A program made the translations under genes and the position numbers. From a virus: 64,000 nt of DNA. This document shows, in pieces, positions 28,301 through 38,387 of the stretch. The notes below the pieces were generated by a model. That model had not been told where the DNA came from, made no database searches, and saw only the letters and a program-made list of their open reading frames with translations. The stretch lies in the IMG/VR virus record IMGVR_UViG_3300022074_000002, one strand, 5' to 3'. Numbering within the stretch: the stretch's first letter is position 1; the number at the start of each line of letters is the position of its first letter.

Positions 28301-31300
28301 ATGTCAGAAAAAATCTATATTGTCACTCTTCATAATAGGGAAGACTTGGACGGATTTTATGATGATATGAAGGACAATGGGTTTCGTTTAAATATGAAAC
28401 GTCCTATCAGTAGGAACACACACTACTGGATGACAGATGAACAAGCAGAAGAATTAAAACAAGATCCTAGAGTATGGGATGTAGACTTGCGTCCAGAAGA
28501 TAGAGGAATATATCCTAAGAAATGTGCAACACCAACTGATAATCAAGTTCCTAGAACACTTGAGGGAAGTTTCTGGAAAGCAGGAGGCATTGATACTAAC
28601 AATAGTTTTCCATGGGGTCTTTCACATACCATTGATTCTACAGGTACAGTTAGAGGTAAAGGACAGTTTGGATCAAGTGGAGGAAGTTATAATCAATATG
28701 TTACAACCATACCAGGTGATAATTATGAAAATGCATGGGGAGATGGTAGACACGTAGACATAGTTGTTTGTGACGATCCTGTATCTGCTGACTGTGGTGA
28801 TTGGAGTGGGTTTGCAGCAAACAGATTTGTTTCATATGATTGGTTCAACGAGTTGAATACTGAAGTGACATCTATAGATGATGATGGTCAGACTCTACCT
28901 ACTGGAGCTGTAACTTACTATAGTAATGCAACCAATCCTGAGTATCATGGAACTCACGTTGCTGGAACTTGTGCAGGAAATTATTATGGACTTGCAAACG
29001 AAGCAAACATATATGGATTACAAATTCTAGGAACGATGCCTTCTGGTCAGAGTTTACCTACACTATTATTATATGATTACCTTAGAGCATTCCATAAAAA
29101 GAAACCTATCAATCCTGTAACTGGATATAAGAACCCTACAATATCAAATCATAGTTGGGGGTATAGTACAGAGACATCTTTAGAATCAGAATTTCCTGCT
29201 GGTATTGCAATTGGAAATGTTGTAGAAGTAAATTATCAAGGTGTGCAATACAATTCTGGTAATCCTAATGCTGCTGGTTGGACAATGGCAGGATTAGAAA
29301 CAGATTTTGGTATTGCTCCTAACAAATGGAGTATTCCTGTTACACTTACATCTGTCAATGCTGATGTAGAAGATGCTATTGCAGATGGTATAGTTATTAT
29401 TTGTGCTGCTGGTAATGATAATTTTCATGTAGTACCACAAGGTGATGCAAATTATAATAATTTTGTTATCTTCCAAGGATATAATAGTAACTCTCCAGTC
29501 TATTTTAATAGAGGTATGTCTCCTGCCAGTGCACCAAATGCAATTATGGTAGGATCATTAAATAGTGATGCTTCATTCAAGAGGTCATCTTTTACAAACT
29601 TCGGTCCTAGAATAGATGTCTTTGCACCTGGCACTAATATATTATCTGCATGGGGAAATCCTGCTACTATTACAGGAGGTAATGCAGGAGCAGGATTCGC
29701 TGATACGAAATATGGTGGTAATAACTGGATGTATCCTATAAGTGGAACTAGTATGGCATCACCATTAATTGCTAGTGTTGCAGCAATGGTTGCTAGTGCT
29801 AGGAGGACAGATAGATTTAGTAATGATGATCTCCGTGCATACATGAATAACAATAGTGTCTTTGGTGACATGACATTTGATGTTGGTGGAGGAACATTTG
29901 CTGACAACTCATGTAGAAAAGATAGTCCTAACAAATATTTGGTAACAAAAAATCCTAGAAAACAGAATGGTAATTTACAGAATAAAGTAGGAGATAGAAG
30001 AAGTGGTGCAGTATTTCCTAGACCTAAAAAATTACATGCTACTAATGGATTTCCTAGTGGTCTATTATCTACCTCATCACAATTATCAATACAAAAAGAA
30101 TGGAAATCATATAATTCAACAGTAGGTCCTACAGGTTTTAAAGATCCTGCAACTGCTGGTTTATATAATTATCTTTCCGATCTATACATTCCTACTAATG
30201 AAGCAGGTCCTACAGGATACCCAGTAATGATTTGTTTACATGGTAATGGTGGTAATGGTAGTACTATCAATGATCCAATCTATGCTACACTAGGAGATCA
30301 TATTAGAGTAGGTCCTTATGGTTCTGGAAGCAGTTGGAATATAGTTGATGAAAGTAGCATCGCTCCTGACATAGAATATCTAAGAAATCTTATTAAGTTA
30401 TTGAAGACATTTACAAATGTAGATAGCACAAGAATTAGAATCTCTGGTATATCTAATGGTGCAGCACTAGCATGCAGAGCATTTGTTGAGATAGATGATC
30501 CTGCTGTTGATTTAATTGTTCCTATTGTATCTCAATTTCATACTAATGAGGTAAATAATTTTACACAGTTCTTTATGCCAACAGATCATTTAGATACTAG
30601 TGGATCTGCTGGAAGTTATGGATACACTGTTCAGAAAGTTCCTGTTGCTGGTAGAAAAATATTGATGATGCAGAATACTAATGATGGTGTCATACCTTAT
30701 AATGGTGGTGCTGGTGTTGGTATTCAATTCATAGGTGCTAGACTATCCACATATCGTATGGCACAAGCTATGGGATGGGCAGGAGGAGAACAGAATACTG
30801 GATTAACATTCCAAGGAGACGCAGCAACACAACTCTATCGTTATAATATTAATGGGAATGTAAATGAAGTTGTTCATTGTGCAAGTAATGGTGGACATGG
30901 TGTCAATGCAAAGATGATTGCTTTGTTTGAGGAATGGGTAGAGAGTGATGGTCAGACAATTACAGTTACATTACCATCTAATACATATAATATAACTGTG
31001 ACTGCAAACAGTAACGTTAACTATCAACTAAGTGGAAATGATAGGAATGGATTAGTAACTGGTAATGATCCTACAGTTACTGTACAGGCAGGAGATACAA
31101 TTAACTTTATTGTTTCAAATACATTTGGTCATCCATTCTATATTAAGACTGTTTATGTTGGTGGTTCTGGTAGTCAAGTATCAACAGGAACTGTAACTGG
31201 AACACAAGGAACACAGAGTGGAACTCTGTCTTGGAACACAACAGGAGTGTCATCAGGAACATATTATTATGTTTGTTCTCCACACGCATCTCTTGGTATG

Positions 31301-31324
31301 GGTGGATCAATCGTCATCACATAA
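28301..31324 (+). CDS. S8 (subtilisin-like) peptidase fused to an alpha/beta-hydrolase and a cupredoxin-like C-terminus
   Basis: VVCDDP, HGTHVAG, AAGND, GTSMASP; then CLHGNG, GISNG, NDGVIP, GGHG; then GHPFYIK...YYVCSPH..MGG. Confidence 0.8.
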   Translation: MSEKIYIVTLHNREDLDGFYDDMKDNGFRLNMKRPISRNTHYWMTDEQAEELKQDPRVWDVDLRPEDRGIYPKKCATPTDNQVPRTLEGSFWKAGGIDTNNSFPWGLSHTIDSTGTVRGKGQFGSSGGSYNQYVTTIPGDNYENAWGDGRHVDIVVCDDPVSADCGDWSGFAANRFVSYDWFNELNTEVTSIDDDGQTLPTGAVTYYSNATNPEYHGTHVAGTCAGNYYGLANEANIYGLQILGTMPSGQSLPTLLLYDYLRAFHKKKPINPVTGYKNPTISNHSWGYSTETSLESEFPAGIAIGNVVEVNYQGVQYNSGNPNAAGWTMAGLETDFGIAPNKWSIPVTLTSVNADVEDAIADGIVIICAAGNDNFHVVPQGDANYNNFVIFQGYNSNSPVYFNRGMSPASAPNAIMVGSLNSDASFKRSSFTNFGPRIDVFAPGTNILSAWGNPATITGGNAGAGFADTKYGGNNWMYPISGTSMASPLIASVAAMVASARRTDRFSNDDLRAYMNNNSVFGDMTFDVGGGTFADNSCRKDSPNKYLVTKNPRKQNGNLQNKVGDRRSGAVFPRPKKLHATNGFPSGLLSTSSQLSIQKEWKSYNSTVGPTGFKDPATAGLYNYLSDLYIPTNEAGPTGYPVMICLHGNGGNGSTINDPIYATLGDHIRVGPYGSGSSWNIVDESSIAPDIEYLRNLIKLLKTFTNVDSTRIRISGISNGAALACRAFVEIDDPAVDLIVPIVSQFHTNEVNNFTQFFMPTDHLDTSGSAGSYGYTVQKVPVAGRKILMMQNTNDGVIPYNGGAGVGIQFIGARLSTYRMAQAMGWAGGEQNTGLTFQGDAATQLYRYNINGNVNEVVHCASNGGHGVNAKMIALFEEWVESDGQTITVTLPSNTYNITVTANSNVNYQLSGNDRNGLVTGNDPTVTVQAGDTINFIVSNTFGHPFYIKTVYVGGSGSQVSTGTVTGTQGTQSGTLSWNTTGVSSGTYYYVCSPHASLGMGGSIVIT

Positions 31325-31358
31325 ATAAACTTGAGCAGTAGTAACATTTGGTAGATAA

Positions 31359-34300
31359 ATGGCAGATCGTTTTCCGTTAATAGTAAATGCGGTTTCTCAA
31401 AAGATTGAGGAACTGATTTCTGGTGACAATTTAGAATTGTCTGGTAACAATATAGTCATAAGTGGTGACACAGGAGCAGGAAAATATCTTACCAGTAACG
31501 GTACGGTTGTTTCATGGGGAACACCTGGTGATGTGTATCTAACACAAAACCAAGTCTTAGAAAATAAAACTTTTACTTCATGTGTAATTTCTGGATCTGC
31601 TAATACTCTCTCTAACATACCAAACGCTGCTCTTTCAAACTCCACAATACAAGTAAACGGTGCTGCTATTGCTCTAGGTGGATCTGTTACAACACCAAAT
31701 GACAACACCACTTACGTTGTGAGTGCACAAGATGGTGTCAATAATAATACAAAAGTTATTAGACTAACTGCTGGTGGATCAGGACAAGGAGATGATGATG
31801 TCAGTATCGCTGTAGGTCCTCCTGCTGCTGTTCCTGCTGGATCTAATGCTCTTGCTCTAGCAATCAATAGAGTTGGTGAAGTCATTACAATATCTGGTAC
31901 AGCACCTGATGCTGATACTATAACAACAGTGAAGTCTGGAACTGGTGGTACAGCACAGACTGGAGATATTACAATTGCTGCAACTGGATCCTCTACAGTA
32001 TCTCAGGACACAGCATCTAAAACAATTACGATCAACTCAACATATGTTGACACGATCACGAAGATAAGAGCAACCACAGGACAAGTATTAAATCCTGGTA
32101 ACTTTACATTCTTATCTGGTGGTGCTACTACTGTTGCTCAAGGTGTTGATGGTAATGGCGACTCAACAATTACATATACATCTGTTGATACTATAACCAG
32201 ATTGAAGGGAGGAGCAGCTGGATCACTTGTAACTGGTGATGTCGAGTTTACTGGTGGAGCAAACGTCACAGTATCACAAGCGGGTAACACAATTAGTATT
32301 GCTAGTGTAGATACAAACACAGTAACTAGACTTTCATCTGGTGCTAACGTTGTTACTGCAGGAGACTTTAAGTTTGTAGGAACTGGTGCTACTAGCATTT
32401 CACAAGCAACTGCTGGTGGTGTAACAACATTCACAGTCACATCTGCTAACGATGACACTGGTGCAGCGTTGACAGCATCCGCTGGTATCTTATTATCAGG
32501 TACAGATTTCCAATTAAAAAATGCTGGTAACTTTAGTGGTAATCAATTATTAAAGTGGGACTCTGGTAACAGTCAGATAGGAAACAGTTTGATTTCTGAT
32601 AACGGGTCTACTGTTACAGTTTCTGGTGACTTAGTTGTAGATGGCACTCAAACAATTTTAAATACTACTACTTTAATAGTAGAAGACAATAGTATAGAAT
32701 TAAGAAAGGGAAATAATTTAGTTGGAAATGACGGCGGTGTACAGATAAACTTAGAAACAGATGGTAGTGGATCTGTCACAAAATATCAATCATTACAGTG
32801 GTTTAACTCTGGTGGATACTGGAGAGGATGGGACGGTTCTGTTGAAAGAAGGTTTGTTACAGAGGCAGAGACACAGATTCTTACTAACAAAACTCTTACA
32901 TCTCCAACACTTACCTCACCTAACATCGGTGCTGCTGTTGCGACATCAGTCAATGGTCTTATAGTTAGTACAACTGCATCTGCAACACTAGACATCGCAA
33001 CATCTAAAGTGTTGGATGTAAATGATTCTCTAACATTAACATCAGATAACCCTGCTGCAACAGTTGCTGTTAACTTTAGAGTTGGTGGAGACGTAGCATA
33101 TAGATCTGATACTCTTGCATCATTCTCATCTACCACATCTACACAGATGCGTGGTTTGATTACAGATACAACAGGATTAGATAAGTTAGTATTCCAGACC
33201 AACCCTACAATTTTAACTGGTATTACTACAACATCTGCAGGATTTAATTTAGTTAACACTGGTGCTACAAGTATATTGTTTGGTGGTGCTGCTGGAAGCA
33301 TCGTCATGGGTGCTTCAACTGGTGATACAACTATCAACCATGACTTAATACTTAAAGAAGATCTCACTGTTGGTGTTGATACAAATGATAACGCTGTATT
33401 CAATGGTAATCTTAACATTGAAAATGCAGACCTTACAATACGTGGAACTTCTAGTGATCCAATGCAAATTGGTAGAGGTGGTGGTGCTGTAAATACAAAC
33501 ACTCGTGTGGGTACATCAGCACTTGCTGCAAACACTTCTGGATCTCAGAACACAGCATTTGGATACCAAGCATTGTTCACAAATAATATTGGTGCATCCA
33601 ATACTGCAATTGGCCACAGGGTTTTGAGGGCAGCGGGTGTCGGAAATAATAATATTGGTATTGGTAAAGATGCATTACTTGTTACACTTTCTGGTAGTAA
33701 GAACCTTGCGATTGGTAACAATGCAATGGAGACAAACTCGACGGGTAGTGGAAACGTCTGTATTGGACACTATGCTGGTTTTGATGTACAAGGTAATAAC
33801 AACGTTCTTATAGGTCCTGCATACAACGAGACTTCTGCTGATGTAACATTTAGACCTCCTAATATTAGTGGAGATAATCAACTTGTTATTGGTTCTGGTG
33901 GACAAGCATGGTTGCGTGGTGATTCTAGTTACAATATTAGTACTAGTCAAAATCTTACCGTAGATGGAGATACACTTATCAAGGGTGATCTTACAGTTAA
34001 TGGTACTACAACCACAATTAAATCTAATATTGTACAGATTACAGACAAGGCAATTGAACTTGCTGCTGTTGTAAGTACACAGTTTACATGTACTGCTGTA
34101 TCTGGATCTGCAAATATCGTAGCGATTGCTCCTACACTAGGACTAATACCTGGCATGGAGATTACATCAAACACTGCTGGTATTACAGTTCCTGCTGGAA
34201 CAATCATTGTAAGTATCACAAACGACACAGCGGTATTGAGCAACAACGTAACAGGATCTGGTACACCTACATTCAGTGCGATAGGTCCTTCTGATACTGC

Positions 34301-35120
34301 TGCAGAAGACGGTGGTATTATTGTTAAGGGTACAAGTGATAAGACATTCCTATGGAGAGGAGTTGATGGTGGTGTAACATATAATAGTTGGACATCATCA
34401 GAACATATAGATCTTGCAAGTGGTAAGAACTATTATGTAAATGGTATTCTAATTGCCAGTGATACTAATAAAGTTATCGGACCTACAAATGGTGGTGGTC
34501 AAGGACAGATTGATTTAAGTGGTGCTGGTGTTGCATACACACTTGGTAGTGCAGTCACAGGATCATCATTAACATCTGTCGGAACTCTTAGTGCATTGAC
34601 TGTTAGTGATAATTTCAAAGTTAGACCAGGTAATACTTCAAACGCTACATGCTACATGGGAGTTGTAGGTAAATCTAGTGTAAACTATGCTGGAGGTAAT
34701 GCCGATACTGCCTGTTTAAGAATTGAAGACACTGGTTCTAATAATGGTTATTATCATGGATTGGAATTTAGAACAAGACGTAGTGGTGATATTAGATTAT
34801 ATGCTCATGATCAAGGTGATAATTTAGCTGATTTTGTTGTTGCAGTTGATAATGGTAGTGTACTCGTAGAAAGATTACGCATACAATCTTCCGATGGTGA
34901 CTTAGTACCTGGTTCAGATAACGCACAAGATCTTGGAGCATCTAACTTACGTTGGGCAAACGTCTACTCTGGTGACGTTCATCTAAACAACACAGGAATG
35001 GGTGGTAACGAGGTAGATGGAACTGAAGGAAACTGGACAATGCAAGAGGGTTCTGATGATCTATTCTTAATCAATAGAATCACTGGTAAGAAGTATAAGT
35101 TCAACTTAACTGAGGTTTAA
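31359..35120 (+). CDS. Long tail-fibre-like virion structural protein
   Basis: 1253 aa; DTITR/K repeats, NTAFG/NTAIG/NIGIG beta-repeat block, C-terminal EVDGTEGNWTMQEG...TGKKYKF. Confidence 0.75.
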   Translation: MADRFPLIVNAVSQKIEELISGDNLELSGNNIVISGDTGAGKYLTSNGTVVSWGTPGDVYLTQNQVLENKTFTSCVISGSANTLSNIPNAALSNSTIQVNGAAIALGGSVTTPNDNTTYVVSAQDGVNNNTKVIRLTAGGSGQGDDDVSIAVGPPAAVPAGSNALALAINRVGEVITISGTAPDADTITTVKSGTGGTAQTGDITIAATGSSTVSQDTASKTITINSTYVDTITKIRATTGQVLNPGNFTFLSGGATTVAQGVDGNGDSTITYTSVDTITRLKGGAAGSLVTGDVEFTGGANVTVSQAGNTISIASVDTNTVTRLSSGANVVTAGDFKFVGTGATSISQATAGGVTTFTVTSANDDTGAALTASAGILLSGTDFQLKNAGNFSGNQLLKWDSGNSQIGNSLISDNGSTVTVSGDLVVDGTQTILNTTTLIVEDNSIELRKGNNLVGNDGGVQINLETDGSGSVTKYQSLQWFNSGGYWRGWDGSVERRFVTEAETQILTNKTLTSPTLTSPNIGAAVATSVNGLIVSTTASATLDIATSKVLDVNDSLTLTSDNPAATVAVNFRVGGDVAYRSDTLASFSSTTSTQMRGLITDTTGLDKLVFQTNPTILTGITTTSAGFNLVNTGATSILFGGAAGSIVMGASTGDTTINHDLILKEDLTVGVDTNDNAVFNGNLNIENADLTIRGTSSDPMQIGRGGGAVNTNTRVGTSALAANTSGSQNTAFGYQALFTNNIGASNTAIGHRVLRAAGVGNNNIGIGKDALLVTLSGSKNLAIGNNAMETNSTGSGNVCIGHYAGFDVQGNNNVLIGPAYNETSADVTFRPPNISGDNQLVIGSGGQAWLRGDSSYNISTSQNLTVDGDTLIKGDLTVNGTTTTIKSNIVQITDKAIELAAVVSTQFTCTAVSGSANIVAIAPTLGLIPGMEITSNTAGITVPAGTIIVSITNDTAVLSNNVTGSGTPTFSAIGPSDTAAEDGGIIVKGTSDKTFLWRGVDGGVTYNSWTSSEHIDLASGKNYYVNGILIASDTNKVIGPTNGGGQGQIDLSGAGVAYTLGSAVTGSSLTSVGTLSALTVSDNFKVRPGNTSNATCYMGVVGKSSVNYAGGNADTACLRIEDTGSNNGYYHGLEFRTRRSGDIRLYAHDQGDNLADFVVAVDNGSVLVERLRIQSSDGDLVPGSDNAQDLGASNLRWANVYSGDVHLNNTGMGGNEVDGTEGNWTMQEGSDDLFLINRITGKKYKFNLTEV

Positions 35121-35121
35121 T

Positions 35122-35508
35122 ATGGCATACTTTGGAGACGGATCAAATTTATCAGGGGTATCAGGAATACCAACTGGACTGATAGCAATGTGGTCTGGTG
35201 CTACAAATGCAATACCATCTGGATGGGTATTGTGTGATGGTAATAATGGCACACCAAATTTACAGGATAAATTTATAGTAGGTGCAGGAAGTTCTTATGC
35301 TGTAGATGCAACAGGTGGTTCTACAACTGATACTGTAAACATCTCTGTTAGTGGTTCTACAGGTTTTGAAAGTTTAGCAACTGGAGGTAATTCTGTATCA
35401 ACAGGTTCTTTAAACAGAAGACACACTCATAGTTTTAGTGGGTCTGGTTCTGACACAGTTAATACTGTACCACCATACTATGCGTTAGCATACATATTTA
35501 AAACTTAG
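35122..35508 (+). CDS. Tail-collar-domain fibre protein
   Basis: GLIAMWSG...GWVLCDG...TPNLQDKFIVGAG, HTH and PPYYALAYI. Confidence 0.8.
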   Translation: MAYFGDGSNLSGVSGIPTGLIAMWSGATNAIPSGWVLCDGNNGTPNLQDKFIVGAGSSYAVDATGGSTTDTVNISVSGSTGFESLATGGNSVSTGSLNRRHTHSFSGSGSDTVNTVPPYYALAYIFKT

Positions 35509-35512
35509 TCAC

Positions 35513-36304
35513 ATGGCATTTATAGGAACCACTGAAAGTTCTGGATCTAGTTTATCTGGTAAGTTACAGATAGATTCTGCTGGTCTAACTATAGTAGACA
35601 CTAATGCAGGAACCTATAACATTACTTCTGGTGGTCACATACAACTTGGAACGAGTTCTAGTAATTGTTTGCAAATCTTTCATGATGTAAATAGCAACAA
35701 TAGTTTTATCAGTGAGATAGGAACTGGTGACATGTGCATTGTTACTAATGGCAGTAATCTATATCTTCAAAAAGATGCAACTCCTGGTGCTGCAGAAGAC
35801 ATGATTCACTGTATTGCAAATGGTGCAGTAAAATTATTTTATGATGGTGGTAGTAACACTACAGCAAAATTAGAAACCACAGCAACAGGTGTAAAAGTAA
35901 ATGGAAATCTTGAAGTTACTGGTACTGGTGGAGGAGGACTTCCAACTGGTGCTATAATATTATGGTCTGGTGCCACTAATGCTATTCCAAATGGTTTTGT
36001 TTTATGTAATGGTCAGAATGGTACACCAAATTTACAAGACAGATTTATTGTTGGTGCTGGTTCTAGTTACGGTGTTGGTAATACTGGTGGTAATTCTAGT
36101 GTGACTCTTACACTAAATCAAATTCCTGCTCACACTCATACTTGGGATAGACAAGATGCTCAAAATGATGTAGGATATCGTCCATGGCCAGCAAGTAATA
36201 ATGACTGTAAAGTAACTACTGTAAATACAGGTTCTGCTGGTGGAGGACAATCACATGAAAACAGACCACCATATTATGCGTTAGCATACATAATGAAGAC
36301 ATGA
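35513..36304 (+). CDS. Tail-collar-domain fibre protein, paralog
   Basis: GAIILWSG...LCNGQNGTPNLQDRFIVGAG, HTH, HENRPPYYALAYI. Confidence 0.8.
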   Translation: MAFIGTTESSGSSLSGKLQIDSAGLTIVDTNAGTYNITSGGHIQLGTSSSNCLQIFHDVNSNNSFISEIGTGDMCIVTNGSNLYLQKDATPGAAEDMIHCIANGAVKLFYDGGSNTTAKLETTATGVKVNGNLEVTGTGGGGLPTGAIILWSGATNAIPNGFVLCNGQNGTPNLQDRFIVGAGSSYGVGNTGGNSSVTLTLNQIPAHTHTWDRQDAQNDVGYRPWPASNNDCKVTTVNTGSAGGGQSHENRPPYYALAYIMKT

Positions 36305-36378
36305 CAAGTTTAATAATTATTGCTATACTAATAGCAGGAACAGGTTGGATAATAAGATATTACGATCCACACAATTAA
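36301..36378 (+). CDS. 25-aa membrane micropeptide, absent from the ORF track
   Basis: MTSLIIIAILIAGTGWIIRYYDPHN; ATGA overlap; fills the gap exactly. Confidence 0.5.
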   Translation: MTSLIIIAILIAGTGWIIRYYDPHN

Positions 36379-36381
36379 ATT

Positions 36382-36993
36382 ATGATAGAATCGAGACCGA
36401 TAGTCCCCCAAAATGATGGGTGGTTGGAAGTTCGTGTACCCAAAAACATTATGGATGATCTGTGGGGCATGATAGACACTGCAGGGAGAGATGCTAAGTT
36501 TAAACTAGCAGGAAATATTAGTGCGAGCAAGGAAATGAATCCTACTGATACTTTCAGAAAATTTATTGGTGATGTAACAAAAGAATACGGAGAGCATTTC
36601 AAATACAAAGCAAGTGAAATGATAACCATGATACCAGAAGGATCTTCAATCCAATTGAATGATCTATGGGTCAACTGGCAGTATCAACATGAGTTCAATC
36701 CATCTCATGTACACTTTGGTTTGTATTCATTTGTTATATGGATGAAGATGCCAGTAGAAACTACAGATCAAATGCAATTACCCATAGCAAAATCTACAAG
36801 TTCATGTCTATCATGTTTTCAGTTTGAATACTTTAATACATTTGGACAGAAGAGACTCTTTAATTATCCTATGGGTAAAGAGTTAGAAGGTCTGATGGTA
36901 TTCTTTCCAGCAGTAATGAATCATTTAGTATATCCTTTCTATGATTCAACTGAACCTAGAATCTCTGTTGCAGGGAACATGGCGTGGATGTGA
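36382..36993 (+). CDS. Putative 2OG-Fe(II) oxygenase-like protein
   Basis: WVNWQ...FNPSHVH...SFVIW...FFPAVMNHLVYPF...RISVAGN. Confidence 0.75.
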   Translation: MIESRPIVPQNDGWLEVRVPKNIMDDLWGMIDTAGRDAKFKLAGNISASKEMNPTDTFRKFIGDVTKEYGEHFKYKASEMITMIPEGSSIQLNDLWVNWQYQHEFNPSHVHFGLYSFVIWMKMPVETTDQMQLPIAKSTSSCLSCFQFEYFNTFGQKRLFNYPMGKELEGLMVFFPAVMNHLVYPFYDSTEPRISVAGNMAWM

Positions 36994-37018
36994 TAAATAG
37001 AACAGCAAATGGAATATT

Positions 37019-37414
37019 ATGGCAGAAGTAAAAGAAAAACCGAAAGGTCCTTTAGGTAAACTTAAAGAAGCAGTTGACGATAAGGAAGAGCAACTAGCAT
37101 ACTTAGCGACACTGATAAGACTGATCGTTCTCGTGTGGTCCGCAGGGATTTTAACTTTGAACTACGTTAAAATACCAGGTTATGATGCAGGAGAAAAGAT
37201 AGACCCAACTTTCATAGCTTCGGTTTTCACAGGAACTTTAGCTACCTTTGGCGTCCAGACGGGAGGTAAGAAAAAGAAAGATGCTGATGGTGGTAGTGCA
37301 AACATATCTAAAAAAGATATGGAGTTCCTTATCGCTAAGGCATCAGAGACTGCTCCCGCACAAACCATTAGGATCGAATCAGGTCCTGTAAAAATTGTTC
37401 CCGATACAAAATAA
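37019..37414 (+). CDS. Two-TM membrane protein
   Basis: Two hydrophobic helices; preceded by ATAAATA. Confidence 0.6.
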   Translation: MAEVKEKPKGPLGKLKEAVDDKEEQLAYLATLIRLIVLVWSAGILTLNYVKIPGYDAGEKIDPTFIASVFTGTLATFGVQTGGKKKKDADGGSANISKKDMEFLIAKASETAPAQTIRIESGPVKIVPDTK

Positions 37415-37419
37415 ATATC

Positions 37420-37635
37420 ATGCAAAAAATTATTAATGTACTTGCTATTTCGTCTTTCGCTATATCTCTTACCGTTGTTGGGGGTGGTGTTTATCTTTTT
37501 ACACAAAAGGATGCCATCATAGAGAATGTTAAAAGTAAAGTAATGAAATCTGTCATGCCTAGTATAGGTGGTGGTATCACAGATGCTATTCCTGATCTTA
37601 CAGGTCCTGCAATACCAGGTATACCTAAGTTGTAA
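37420..37635 (+). CDS. Small single-TM protein
   Basis: N-terminal hydrophobic helix, Pro/Gly-rich tail. Confidence 0.6.
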   Translation: MQKIINVLAISSFAISLTVVGGGVYLFTQKDAIIENVKSKVMKSVMPSIGGGITDAIPDLTGPAIPGIPKL

Positions 37636-38387
37636 TGACTGAAATACCTCATATCGGGGTACAAAACGTAGACATACCTAGAATACAAGCACCTGGCATA
37701 TACAATTACGTCCCACATACACAGACGTATCCTTTTATATTACATATAGGTTCACCAATTGTGGACATGCCAGGTTGTGTAAAGTTTCACCCTGATGCAG
37801 CAAAAAATAGAGAAACCCCCAACCTAAAGGAAGATGATTCCAGTGGGACGAGGGTTCTTTGTGATGGACAGTATCCAATGTATGATGCAATGGACTACAC
37901 TCCAGAAGATTTATTAATACAGGTAGACACACCACCACCAGTTGTACAACCACCACCAGAGATAGATCCACCAGAGGTTCCACCTACAGGTGATATTGGT
38001 GCAGAAGAAACACCATGTCCTGGTCCTAATAATTTAAGAGTTGGTGATCTCACTTTGTCTGGAGATGAGAGAGTGACTGGTCATGAACTTAGTGCAGATG
38101 GTAAGGTCTGTGTAACATTGTACGAACCAACTACAGTAGCTGAGAAATTTTTACCATCACCAAATCAAGCAACAACCACAGTGGCAATCGCAGTCATTGC
38201 AACAGCAGGAGCTGCTGCCACACCATTACTATTAAGATTAATTAAACCCGCTGTAAAGAAAGCTATCGCTACTCTTCAAAAGAAAATGGGTACTCATCGT
38301 GGGTTATCTAAGAGTGAAATAACAGCAAATAAGTATCGTGAGAAGAAAGGATTACCTCCTTTAAAAACTAGAAAGAAAAAATCATAA
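37635..38387 (+). CDS. Pro-rich protein with C-terminal TM helix and basic tail
   Basis: 250 aa; two Cys pairs; VAIAVIATAGAAATPLL segment. Confidence 0.6.
   Translation: MTEIPHIGVQNVDIPRIQAPGIYNYVPHTQTYPFILHIGSPIVDMPGCVKFHPDAAKNRETPNLKEDDSSGTRVLCDGQYPMYDAMDYTPEDLLIQVDTPPPVVQPPPEIDPPEVPPTGDIGAEETPCPGPNNLRVGDLTLSGDERVTGHELSADGKVCVTLYEPTTVAEKFLPSPNQATTTVAIAVIATAGAAATPLLLRLIKPAVKKAIATLQKKMGTHRGLSKSEITANKYREKKGLPPLKTRKKKS

Noticed and set aside
31397-34246. Several long minus-strand ORFs within the long fibre gene (similar ones at 56039-57973 and 63216-63623)
   Set aside because: Gly/Thr/Ala codon bias suppresses antisense stops; the translations are low-complexity mirrors of the sense gene.
35122-36304. 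Diversity-generating retroelement template/variable repeat pair
   Set aside because: Both copies are coding, differences are not adenine-specific, and no reverse transcriptase is present in the window.
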